Sequence record: SRR22947727_323
Reading direction: 5' to 3' (one strand)
Length of the DNA: 40,229 nt
Part shown: one piece after another, positions 8,276 to 16,631 of the stretch
How the letters are laid out: each line of letters starts with the position of its first letter
Position numbering within the stretch: the stretch's first letter is position 1
The notes under the pieces: generated by a model
The model's database searches: none
The model's input: the letters and a program-made list of their open reading frames with translations, nothing else
Told to the model about the DNA's origin: nothing
Translations under genes and position numbers: made by a program

Positions 8276-10492
8276 ATGTCTAAAGATTTAATAAATGTAA
8301 TTGATGATCTTCTTAATGAGAAGGCAAAAACTGGTGCAATGACAACAAAAGATTCTGTTATCAATCCGCAGGAAAAAAAGCCTATGAAGGAAGAAGAAAT
8401 AAAAGAATTTAATCAGAATGCAGATAATGCAAAGAATTTAACTAGTGATGGAAAGACAGCTGATATTGCTACTATAAAACCATCTAGTGGTAAAGATTCG
8501 AGCAATGTTGAAGCTGATAAAGGACCCCATGATCAGGCTGGAGAAAATGCTAGCGATCAGGGTGACATGAATAAAGGCAAAATTGCTAGTGATGCATCTG
8601 CTGAAATTGAGGCTGACAAAGGTCCACATGATCAGTCTACAGATAATGCAGGTGATACTAATTCAATAGATGGTATTAGCGCTAAACCTTCTCAAGCATC
8701 TACAGAAGTTGAAGCTGACAAAGGTCCACACGATCAAGCTAATGATCCAGGAATGAGTGAACAAATTGAAGCTGATGAAGAAACAGTTGATGAAAAAGCT
8801 AAAATGGATCCCGTAGATAAAGAAGACGGTGATGTAGATAACGATGGTGACAAAGACAAGTCTGATGATTACCTAATGAAAAGAAGAGCTGCAATTAAAA
8901 AAGCTATGTCTTCTGAAGAGGTTTCTTGGGAAGATGCAATGTATGTTTTACATTCAGAAGAACTATCAATCAAAGAATCATCAGGAGCTTTTGATTGGGA
9001 TAAAATCAAAGACTTAGATGAAAGTCAATGGTACCTATTAGTTGGCGAATTAGACTCTACAGAAGTTGATGTTTTTGCTGAAGAATTAGAACAAATGGCT
9101 TCAGGTTTAAATGCAATGGAGGAAGAAAGTATTCCTACAAAAGCAGAAGCTGAGGAAGAGTATGAAAGAGAATTGACTGATGAAGAATATGATCATATTT
9201 GTGATTCACAATATCATTTATGTGCTGTAGTAGTTGAACATCCAGAGTGGGGTGAAGGTAAACCAATTATTGGTAGACACGCTGCACCAGATGACGAAGG
9301 TAACATTGAATGGTACGATGTAGAATTTGAACATGGAATAGAAGAAGAAGTTCCTGTTGAAGGTATGAACATTGTTCATGAAATGAGCCATGGCGCTTCT
9401 AAAGGTAAAAAGAAAATGAAAGAAACTATGAAAAAGAACATAGACACAAGCATGGGTGAAGAAAAAGTTGAAGAGGCTTTACCAGCAGGAGATCCAATTC
9501 AAAAACTTGGTGATGCAAAAGGTCAAGATACAACTATCCAAGCTGGTGCAAATGATAAAGAGCTTCCTGCAGATGATAAGAAAACAGCTAAGGGTGAAGC
9601 TGAAAGTAAAGGTGGCAATCCTGCAGCTGGTCCTCATAACCAAGCTAATGATCCATTAGAAACACCAACTACAGCTAATCCAAAAGGTGTTGCTAAATTA
9701 AAAACAGCATCTGCTACAGCTGAACCTAATAAAGGTCCACACGATCAAGCTAAAGATCCTATAGTTAATAAAATGGCAGCTGAAGAAACACATTCTGAGA
9801 ACGTGGATGATTTAGACGAAGATTTCAAACGTAAGGCACAAGTAGTTTTTGAAACAGCTGTTAATGAAAAAGTTGAGCAATACAAAGTAGAAATTCAAGA
9901 AGAAACTGAAAAGTTAATTCAAGAAGAAAAAGATTCTATTAATGAAAAAGTTCAAGAATACATTGACTATGCAGTTAAAGAATGGTTAAAGGAAAACGAA
10001 TTAGAAATTAAATATTCTTTAAGAACTGAAGTAGCTGAAAGTTTTATTACAGGAATGAGAAAATTATTCGCAGAGAATTATATTGACATACCTGAAGATG
10101 AAATTTCTGTTGTAGATGAAATAACAGAACAAATAGATTCATTTAAGGAGCAATCTGAAGAGTATGCTGCTCAAAATGAAAAACTACAAAAAGAAGTCTT
10201 AGAATTGAAAAAGTCATCTATTGTAGAAACAGTATCAGAAGGTTTAACTGAAACACAGAAAATTAAATTAGAAAAATTATCTGCATCTGTTGAAGCTGAA
10301 GATACAGAAGAATTCCAAACCAAGTTAGAAGATCTTAAACAAGTTTATTTTAACGAAGGTGAAGAAAGCAAGAAGCTTCTTGGCTCATTGAGTGAAGAAG
10401 TTATTGGTACTGACGAAGTAATTGCTGAAGAATCTAATGACTATTCCGTCAATGCATACGCTCAGTTCCTTACAAAAACTATAAAGAAATAA
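8276..10492 (+). CDS. gp22: Prohead core scaffold protein with a very large N-terminal extension
   Basis: C-terminal ~230 aa match gp22 (LDEDFKRKAQVVFETAV, YIDYAVKEWLKENELEI...LRTEVAESFITGMRKLFAENYIDIPED, LTETQKIKLEKL). Located between gp21 and gp23. Confidence 0.9.
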   Translation: MSKDLINVIDDLLNEKAKTGAMTTKDSVINPQEKKPMKEEEIKEFNQNADNAKNLTSDGKTADIATIKPSSGKDSSNVEADKGPHDQAGENASDQGDMNKGKIASDASAEIEADKGPHDQSTDNAGDTNSIDGISAKPSQASTEVEADKGPHDQANDPGMSEQIEADEETVDEKAKMDPVDKEDGDVDNDGDKDKSDDYLMKRRAAIKKAMSSEEVSWEDAMYVLHSEELSIKESSGAFDWDKIKDLDESQWYLLVGELDSTEVDVFAEELEQMASGLNAMEEESIPTKAEAEEEYERELTDEEYDHICDSQYHLCAVVVEHPEWGEGKPIIGRHAAPDDEGNIEWYDVEFEHGIEEEVPVEGMNIVHEMSHGASKGKKKMKETMKKNIDTSMGEEKVEEALPAGDPIQKLGDAKGQDTTIQAGANDKELPADDKKTAKGEAESKGGNPAAGPHNQANDPLETPTTANPKGVAKLKTASATAEPNKGPHDQAKDPIVNKMAAEETHSENVDDLDEDFKRKAQVVFETAVNEKVEQYKVEIQEETEKLIQEEKDSINEKVQEYIDYAVKEWLKENELEIKYSLRTEVAESFITGMRKLFAENYIDIPEDEISVVDEITEQIDSFKEQSEEYAAQNEKLQKEVLELKKSSIVETVSEGLTETQKIKLEKLSASVEAEDTEEFQTKLEDLKQVYFNEGEESKKLLGSLSEEVIGTDEVIAEESNDYSVNAYAQFLTKTIKK
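8508..9752 (+). repeat. Five dispersed coding repeats (EAD)KGPHDQ(A) within gp22
   Basis: Copies near 8519, 8618, 8720, 9626 (AGPHNQA) and 9731, with synonymous variation between copies. Confidence 0.85.
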
Positions 10493-10556
10493 TTAAGAAA
10501 AAAATTTAATATGAATAAGAAAAATCACATCAACGTTTTTATAAAGGAGAAGAGAT

Positions 10557-12041
10557 ATGTCTTTTGATGTTCTCACAGAAAAATGGGCTCCAGTAATTAA
10601 TCACGACGATTTACCTGAAATCAAGGAAAGAGACAAGAAAGCCGTTGTAGCTCAAGTTCTCGAGAATACTGAGAAAGCTCTTCATGAAGAAACTCAGATT
10701 CAGGAATCAAGTGTATCTGGTGCAGCCTTCGGAGGTGCCTTTTCAGGCGCCGGCGATAATGCAAGTATAAATGCAACTGGTCGTGCAGGTTACGATCCGA
10801 TTATCATATCACTAGTAAGAAGAGCAATGCCTCAAATGATGGCCTTTGATCTTTGTGGTGTGCAAGCAATGTCAGCTCCAACAGGCTTAATTTTTGCCTT
10901 ACGTGCTAGATATAATAACAGAAATGAAGTAGACGGACTTGGTGAAGAGGGCTTAGAGGCTTTCTATAACGAAGTATTCCCGAACTTTTCTGGTACTGCC
11001 TTCAATACAGGTGCACCTAGCACTCATAAAGATGGTGCAAATGAGGATACCGCTGGTAACCCATTTAATCCTTCAAGAGCTGCTAACTCTGGTTCAACAT
11101 CAGCTGAATCAGATGCATATACTGATAACTCAGTAACACCTGTAAATAACCCTTTTGGTACTAACTCTGGTGCAAACCCTGCTCTTGCAGGTGGATCAGC
11201 AAAGAATAGTGCTGAAGGTACTTCTTCTTATGGTATGACTACCAGAGAAGGTGAAGGTGATAACTTCCGTGAAATGTCATTCACAATTGAGAGAACAGCT
11301 GTCGAAGCTAAGACACGTGCTCTTAAGAGTGAATACACAATGGAATTGGTTCAAGATCTAAGAGCTGTACATGGATTAGATGCAGAGGCAGAATTGTCAA
11401 ACATCTTATCTACAGAAATCTTAGCTGAGATCAATAGAGAAGTTGTATACACTATCATTTCTCAAGCAAAAAGAGGAGCCACTGGCTTAACTACAGCAGG
11501 TAGATTTGATCTAATTGCTGATGGTCAAGGTAGATGGTCAGTTGAAAGACAAAAAGGTCTTATGCTTCAGATAGAAAAAGAAAGTAATAATATTGCTTTT
11601 GAAACTAGAAGAGGTAAAGGTAACTTTATGTTATGTTCAGCTAACGTAGCTTCTGGTCTTACAATGGCTGGTCTTTTAGACTATTCATCAGGGATCCAAG
11701 ACAACTTAGATGTTGATGTAACATCAGGTGTCTTCGCAGGTACATTGAATAATAGAACTAAGGTTTATATTGACCCGTATGCAACATCAGGTGACTACAT
11801 CGTTGTTGGATATAAAGGTACAAACAATATGGATGCAGGTATGTTCTATTGTCCTTATGTTCCATTACAAATGGTAAGAGCTGTTGCTCAAGAGACTTTC
11901 CAGCCAAAAATCGGTTTTAAAACTCGATATGGAATGGTTTCAAATCCGTTTGCTGGTGGTGCTGCAGCGATCCAATCAAAAGGATTAGTAGCTCCTCACT
12001 CAAACGTATACTACAGAAAATTTGCTGTAGATAACGTATAA
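10557..12041 (+). CDS. gp23: Major capsid protein
   Basis: LTEKWAPV, DPIIISLVRRAMP, GVQAMSAPTGLIFALR, EAKTRALKSEYTMELVQDLRAVHGLDAEAELSNILSTEI, YCPYVPL, FQPKIGFKTRYG. Confidence 0.98.
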   Translation: MSFDVLTEKWAPVINHDDLPEIKERDKKAVVAQVLENTEKALHEETQIQESSVSGAAFGGAFSGAGDNASINATGRAGYDPIIISLVRRAMPQMMAFDLCGVQAMSAPTGLIFALRARYNNRNEVDGLGEEGLEAFYNEVFPNFSGTAFNTGAPSTHKDGANEDTAGNPFNPSRAANSGSTSAESDAYTDNSVTPVNNPFGTNSGANPALAGGSAKNSAEGTSSYGMTTREGEGDNFREMSFTIERTAVEAKTRALKSEYTMELVQDLRAVHGLDAEAELSNILSTEILAEINREVVYTIISQAKRGATGLTTAGRFDLIADGQGRWSVERQKGLMLQIEKESNNIAFETRRGKGNFMLCSANVASGLTMAGLLDYSSGIQDNLDVDVTSGVFAGTLNNRTKVYIDPYATSGDYIVVGYKGTNNMDAGMFYCPYVPLQMVRAVAQETFQPKIGFKTRYGMVSNPFAGGAAAIQSKGLVAPHSNVYYRKFAVDNV

Positions 12042-12061
12042 GAGTTATTAAACTAATATAG

Positions 12062-12090
12062 AAAAAGGGAGGTTAAGCCTCCCTTTTTTT
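12062..12090 (+). terminator. Intrinsic terminator after gp23, potentially bidirectional
   Basis: AAAAAGGGAGG-TTAAG-CCTCCC-TTTTTTT. Confidence 0.9.
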
Positions 12091-12092
12091 GT

Positions 12093-12100
12093 TATAAATA
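12093..12100 (+). promoter_or_regulatory. Late promoter
   Basis: Exact TATAAATA just after the terminator; AAGGAG RBS downstream. Confidence 0.85.
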
Positions 12101-12121
12101 TATAAACAAAAGGAGTTTGAT

Positions 12122-12244
12122 ATGATAGATATTATTATATGGATTTTAATTGGTGCTTTCATTGGATGGAACTTACCTCAACCTGGTTGGGCTATTCTTA
12201 TTCAAGAGTGGATCACAGATAAAATAACTAGATTTAAGAAGTAG
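12122..12244 (+). CDS. Small membrane protein, 40 aa (not in ORF track)
   Basis: MIDIIIWILIGAFIGWNLPQPGWAILIQEWITDKITRFKK*; late promoter plus AAGGAG RBS; hydrophobic N-terminal helix. Confidence 0.75.
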   Translation: MIDIIIWILIGAFIGWNLPQPGWAILIQEWITDKITRFKK

Positions 12245-12252
12245 TTCTAACA

Positions 12253-12834
12253 ATGGCTAATACTTTCTCAGATGTAGTGGTAAATAATCAAGTTGATTTG
12301 AATTTTACACCACCTCAGAATTTTTTTCTAACTGCTGAAAGATTGCCTAAACTAGTTTTTACAATACAAGATTTTTCTATTCCTACCTTAGTTGGAGGAG
12401 AAGCTAATCTTCCTAATTCATTAAATCCTGGTCGTGTTTATATACCTGGTGATGGTTTGGATTATGGAACATTAGAAGTCAATTATGTAATTGATAAAGA
12501 GTTTAAAACATATAGAGAAATATTAAAATGGATAAAAGGAATTACTGCACCTGAAAGTGGTGATCAGTCAAAGGACTATCAAGAATCTATTGCTAGAAGG
12601 CAACCAGCATTTTCAAAGTTTTTTTCAAACATTGAGTTGTTTGGAACTGATGCTGGTAATAGACCTTTAATAAGTTGGAAATTTAGAGATGCGTTCCCTA
12701 TTGGAATAGGAGGTCCATCTTATGATTCAAAATCACAAGACGTGGAACCTTTAGTAGGAAATGTAAGTTTTAGATACATGTATTTTGAATGTGAAACATT
12801 TACTAACGGTAAAGCTAATAACGATAAGATATAA
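12253..12834 (+). CDS. gp3: Tail completion / tube terminator protein
   Basis: NFTPPQNF...RLPKLVFTIQDFSIP, PGDGLDYGTLEVNYVIDKEFKTYREILKWI, FRDAFPIGIGG; usual position after gp23 in marine T4-like phages. Confidence 0.85.
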   Translation: MANTFSDVVVNNQVDLNFTPPQNFFLTAERLPKLVFTIQDFSIPTLVGGEANLPNSLNPGRVYIPGDGLDYGTLEVNYVIDKEFKTYREILKWIKGITAPESGDQSKDYQESIARRQPAFSKFFSNIELFGTDAGNRPLISWKFRDAFPIGIGGPSYDSKSQDVEPLVGNVSFRYMYFECETFTNGKANNDKI

Positions 12835-12837
12835 ATA
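12830..12837 (+). promoter_or_regulatory. Late promoter
   Basis: TATAAATA followed by TAAATATATAAACAAAA, the same leader as at 12095, then a GAGGT RBS. Confidence 0.8.
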
Positions 12838-12863
12838 AATATATAAACAAAAAGAGGTATGTC

Positions 12864-13916
12864 ATGAAAACATTTACAGATTTTATAGAAGAAATATTTG
12901 AAAGAGCTGAAGAAGAAGACGAAAGAGATAAGCCCGATCGAAACGTAGTAATGCAAGCAAGAAAAGCTGTGAACATGGGTAATAAAGACATTACTTTTCA
13001 TGATGGTAAAACTCACAATGTATCAAGAGCACATGCACAAAAGTTTTTAAATAAACACACATCAGCTGATAGAGATAACAAACTAAGTATACAAAATCAC
13101 GCTCAACAATCTCATAAAAACTTTATGTCACATGTAGGCGAAGACATAGACGTTGAAGAAGGTACAGGATCAAAGGTTTGTGATCAATGTGAAAATGGTA
13201 AAACAGAAAACGGTTCAACATGTAAATCTTGTAGTGGTACTGGCTATAATATGTCATCAGCTAAACCTGCTACAGAAGCAAATATTGTTGAAATTTCAGC
13301 TGATAGATTATCTAGCTATATGAGTAAAGCATCTGATGCTAGCAAATATAAAAACATGTCAACTAAAAAAGTTGACAATAGATATACCGGTGTTGCAACT
13401 GCACATGATAAAATGGCATCAGCTGGAAGAATGGGTACAACTGCACAGAAATTTTCTAAAGCAAAAGTTTCAGCTACTGAAGCAAAAGTAGGCGCTGTAA
13501 AAGAAGTTACAGCACGATCATCTGGATATGGTATAAGAAATAAAGTTTCAGATATGCCAGGTATGGATTACAGTAAAAGAGATAACTATTCAGGTAGAGA
13601 TGCAGTTAAAACTGCAGTTAAGAAAGCTAATGCACAATCAGACGCAAAACGAGCTGAGTATAGAAATAAAATGGGTATGAAAGAAGACGAATCATCTGTT
13701 GCAAAAGAAGGTTCGTTGACACCTGTTAGTAAAAATAATTATGCTGAACAAATGGCTGCATACATGAAAGGTTTAATATTAAAAAATAACGTTTCAGTTG
13801 AAGAAAAAGCAGGTTTGTGGGCTAATATTCATGCAAAAAGAGCTCGTGGTGAAAAAATGAGAGAACCAGGTTCTAAAGGTGCACCTACAAAAGCAGATTT
13901 TAAAAGATCTCAATAA
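12864..13916 (+). CDS. Putative internal head protein (modular, basic)
   Basis: N-terminus MKTFTDFIEE resembles the T4 capsid-targeting sequence MKTYQEFIAE. Late promoter; Lys-rich modules bounded by Glu sites; CxxC..CxxCxGxG finger; C-terminal GLWANIHAKR...PGSKGAPT module. Confidence 0.6.
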   Translation: MKTFTDFIEEIFERAEEEDERDKPDRNVVMQARKAVNMGNKDITFHDGKTHNVSRAHAQKFLNKHTSADRDNKLSIQNHAQQSHKNFMSHVGEDIDVEEGTGSKVCDQCENGKTENGSTCKSCSGTGYNMSSAKPATEANIVEISADRLSSYMSKASDASKYKNMSTKKVDNRYTGVATAHDKMASAGRMGTTAQKFSKAKVSATEAKVGAVKEVTARSSGYGIRNKVSDMPGMDYSKRDNYSGRDAVKTAVKKANAQSDAKRAEYRNKMGMKEDESSVAKEGSLTPVSKNNYAEQMAAYMKGLILKNNVSVEEKAGLWANIHAKRARGEKMREPGSKGAPTKADFKRSQ

Positions 13917-14383
13917 TGTCTGTGTTCAAATATTTTAAAAAAAATATAACACCTGAAGGATATACCTTTAATAAAAAAGGTAATCTTGTTTCTGAAATGG
14001 TTTTAAAAACAGATCCTAAACTTCCAAATTTAAAAGTACCTGCAGATGGTCCTAATGGTAAAACTTTACATATGAAAAAAATGGGTATAAGATCTGCTCC
14101 TAGTGACAACAAAAAACCTGAAATTAAAAAAGAAGATATGGATGGTATGTCACAAAAATCAGGTGACAAAAGAAGTACAGACAGTGGAGCTGGAATGACA
14201 GCTCAAGGTGTTGCAAAGTACAATAGACGTACAGGTGGTGATTTAAAAACAGCTGTCACGACACCTCCATCTAAACTTGAAAAAGGAAGTAAAGCTGCAG
14301 GAAGAAGAAAATCATTTTGCGCTAGATCAAAAAGTTGGGATGGTGAAAGAGGAAAAGCTGCTAGAAGAAGGTGGAATTGTTAA
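13916..14383 (+). CDS. Basic hypothetical protein with RRKSFCAR...RWNC domain (DUF6321-like)
   Basis: GAGMTAQGVAKYNR..GGDLKTAVT..RRKSFCAR..ARRRWNC, a motif recognised from phage hypothetical proteins; coupled to the upstream ORF (TAATG). Confidence 0.6.
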   Translation: MSVFKYFKKNITPEGYTFNKKGNLVSEMVLKTDPKLPNLKVPADGPNGKTLHMKKMGIRSAPSDNKKPEIKKEDMDGMSQKSGDKRSTDSGAGMTAQGVAKYNRRTGGDLKTAVTTPPSKLEKGSKAAGRRKSFCARSKSWDGERGKAARRRWNC

Positions 14384-14619
14384 TGCCACAAAAATTATCT
14401 CAGACACAAACACAAAAAACATCTCAAATATTATCTACACTTCAAGTTTTAGAACAAATTCGAGTTCATGAAGCAGAATGTGCTTTAAGATTAGAAAGAA
14501 TAAATGAGAAGTTTGAAGATATAGATAAAAAAATAAACGGAATAGAAAGTAAAATGTGGGTTATTGCAGCTTTGATAGTTGGTACTGCTATAACAAACAT
14601 TTTTATACAAAATATATGA
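14383..14619 (+). CDS. Small coiled-coil plus transmembrane protein (XhlA/holin-like)
   Basis: HEAECALR..INEKFEDIDKKINGIESKMW followed by a C-terminal hydrophobic helix; TAATG coupling at 14381. Confidence 0.6.
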   Translation: MPQKLSQTQTQKTSQILSTLQVLEQIRVHEAECALRLERINEKFEDIDKKINGIESKMWVIAALIVGTAITNIFIQNI

Positions 14620-14924
14620 TTACAATAACTGAAAAAGCAAAAGATTACTTAACTGAAATGGTGTGGTCTAAAGATAAAAAATATGCATTCTTGTCTGTTA
14701 ATGGAGGAGGATGTTCAGGTTTTCAATACAAATGGGATATGTTAGATGATTTATCTAATGATAATGATCTAATAGATGATATATTGGTTGTAGATAAAAT
14801 AGCAGAAATGTTTGTTATTGGTTGTACAGTTGATTATGTTACAGAATTTGGTGGCTCGTACCTTAAAGTAATCAATCCCAACGCCGTCGCTAGTTGTGGA
14901 TGTGGTGAATCTTTCGCTGTTTAA
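14616..14924 (+). CDS. iscA: A-type Fe-S cluster carrier protein (IscA/HesB/ErpA family)
   Basis: MITITEKA start, GGGCSGFQY, VDYVTEFGGS, NPNAVASCGCGESF with all three conserved Cys. True start at ATG 14616 (ATGA overlap). Confidence 0.93.
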   Translation: MITITEKAKDYLTEMVWSKDKKYAFLSVNGGGCSGFQYKWDMLDDLSNDNDLIDDILVVDKIAEMFVIGCTVDYVTEFGGSYLKVINPNAVASCGCGESFAV

Positions 14925-14930
14925 ATATGG

Positions 14931-14994
14931 TATTCCGGGGGCGGAATAACTAACCCTTATTCTAAGGTGATAGCGAAAAGTTCGAAAAAGTTTC
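14931..14994. other. GC-rich intergenic structured element
   Basis: Perfect inverted repeat TATTCCG-GGGG-CGGAATA (14931-14948), a second hairpin CCTTA-TTC-TAAGG, then GAAAAGTTC/GAAAAAGTTTC tandem units. Confidence 0.4.
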
Positions 14995-15015
14995 AAAAAA
15001 AATAAAATAAATATT

Positions 15016-15023
15016 AATAAATA
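15016..15023 (+). promoter_or_regulatory. Late promoter-like box
   Basis: AATAAATA followed by a GAGGT RBS and ATG 15040. Confidence 0.6.
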
Positions 15024-15039
15024 GTTTAGAGGTATAACT

Positions 15040-16620
15040 ATGGCATCAGCAGGAAGAAATCTAGCTAAATTAATTGGAGCTAATAAGCAAGTTAAACTCA
15101 CAGGAAGTGGGGGCGATTCTGACTTTAATGCAGCTTTAGATTCTGATGCAACTAAACTTGCAACATTAGAAAGAGAAATAAAATCTAGACTAGATTCGGA
15201 CGAAGCTAATCCTATTACTAGTTCTACATTAAACATGGGCAGCAATGACGTTGTCACTACAGGTAAAATGTATTTTAGTAACATGTTTGCTACTGAAGGT
15301 GACCTACCCAGTGCTTCAACATATCATGGTATGTTTGCTCACGTGCACGCTACAGGAGCAGCTTATTTTGCTCATTCAGGTAGTTGGGTTAAATTAGCTA
15401 ATAATAGTGCATTGAGTGGTAGTGGTAGTGGTAGTGGTTTTGATTCTGATCAAGTAGTATCAATAATAAACGAGAATGTTACAGTTGGTGGCGGTGGTAT
15501 AACTTATGAATCTAAAGATTCAGATTTTACAGCTGTAGCTGGAAAAGGTTATTTTGTAGATACAACATCCGGTGTTGTGACAGTAAATTTACCAACTTCA
15601 GCTAGTCTTGGCGATGAGATAATTTTTATAGACTATGCTAACCAATGGTCAACAAATTCAATGTTTTTGCATGCGCCACCTTTAAATTACCAAACTTTTG
15701 CAGATTCAGACATTGAAATAACTAGTGGCGATTATAGTACAGTTCATATAATTTATTCTGGGGCAACACAAGGTTGGTTACCAAGAAAATATGCTGGGGG
15801 TCAACAATCCGCAGAGGATGGTTATGTGGATGGACCCATCTCTGGAGGGTATACTTATACAGTTGATGGATACCGATATTATAAATTTACTAGTTCAGCT
15901 ACATTTGTAGTTGCTGATACTGTTACCGCTCAAGCGATCATGGTTGCTGGTGGCGGTGGCGGTGGTAGAGATGATTATAGCGGTGGTAGAGGAGCTGGAG
16001 GTGGCGGAGCTGGGGGAATGATAGACGCTCAAACTTTAAATTTAGTTAGTGGTAATAATTTAACCATTGTTATTGGAGCTGGTGGTACAAACCCAGGTAC
16101 TAATGGAGCTGGTGGTACAAACGGTGGCCATACTAGTGTAACAGGACTTACAACTGCAACAGGTGGTGGTGGTGGTGGTAGTCACAGTACAAGCACAAAT
16201 CTTGATAATGCTGGCTCAGGAGGATCAGGAGGAGGTGGAACAAACGGCCGGGACGGTAAATCAGGAACTTCTGGACAAGGTAATGATGGAGCAGATGGTT
16301 ATGGTGCTCTCTTTGCATACGGTGGTGGAGGCGGTGGTGGTAAAGGAGCAGCTGCAACTACTAATTCCGGAGGTGCTGGTTCTAATACTTACTCAGCTTG
16401 GGCAACAGCAACAAGTTCTGGCGACAATGGATACTTTGCTGGGGGAGGTGCTGGCGGTGGTGGTAATTTGTCTGGAACAATAAATGGTAGTAATGGTGGT
16501 GGAGGTTCCGCTAATAACGGTCCGGGCACTGTTAATACTGGCGGTGGTGGTGGCGGTAATAAAAATTCAACAGCCGGTTCAGGTGGTTCTGGCATTGTTA
16601 TTATTAGACATGCGGTTTAG
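15040..16620 (+). CDS. Glycine-rich tail fibre / virion appendage protein
   Basis: DLPSASTYHGMFAHVH..AYFAHSGSW module, FTAVAGKGYFVDTTSG..VNLP module, and a C-terminal Gly-rich domain ending GGSGIVIIR, all typical of marine phage fibres; 6 DSD. Confidence 0.8.
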   Translation: MASAGRNLAKLIGANKQVKLTGSGGDSDFNAALDSDATKLATLEREIKSRLDSDEANPITSSTLNMGSNDVVTTGKMYFSNMFATEGDLPSASTYHGMFAHVHATGAAYFAHSGSWVKLANNSALSGSGSGSGFDSDQVVSIINENVTVGGGGITYESKDSDFTAVAGKGYFVDTTSGVVTVNLPTSASLGDEIIFIDYANQWSTNSMFLHAPPLNYQTFADSDIEITSGDYSTVHIIYSGATQGWLPRKYAGGQQSAEDGYVDGPISGGYTYTVDGYRYYKFTSSATFVVADTVTAQAIMVAGGGGGGRDDYSGGRGAGGGGAGGMIDAQTLNLVSGNNLTIVIGAGGTNPGTNGAGGTNGGHTSVTGLTTATGGGGGGSHSTSTNLDNAGSGGSGGGGTNGRDGKSGTSGQGNDGADGYGALFAYGGGGGGGKGAAATTNSGGAGSNTYSAWATATSSGDNGYFAGGGAGGGGNLSGTINGSNGGGGSANNGPGTVNTGGGGGGNKNSTAGSGGSGIVIIRHAV

Positions 16621-16631
16621 GAGAATATAAA

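Noticed and set aside
8508-8745. Three ~30-nt repeats spaced ~100 nt apart, superficially CRISPR-like
   Set aside because: In-frame coding repeats with synonymous changes (EADKGPHDQ); spacers too long; no cas genes.
14556-14615. N-terminal extension of IscA given in the ORF track
   Set aside because: Family similarity begins at MITITEKA (ATG 14616), which overlaps the upstream stop in ATGA fashion.
15940-16600. GGT/GGC-rich low-complexity tract as a repeat element or foreign island
   Set aside because: Explained by the glycine-rich domain of the fibre protein.
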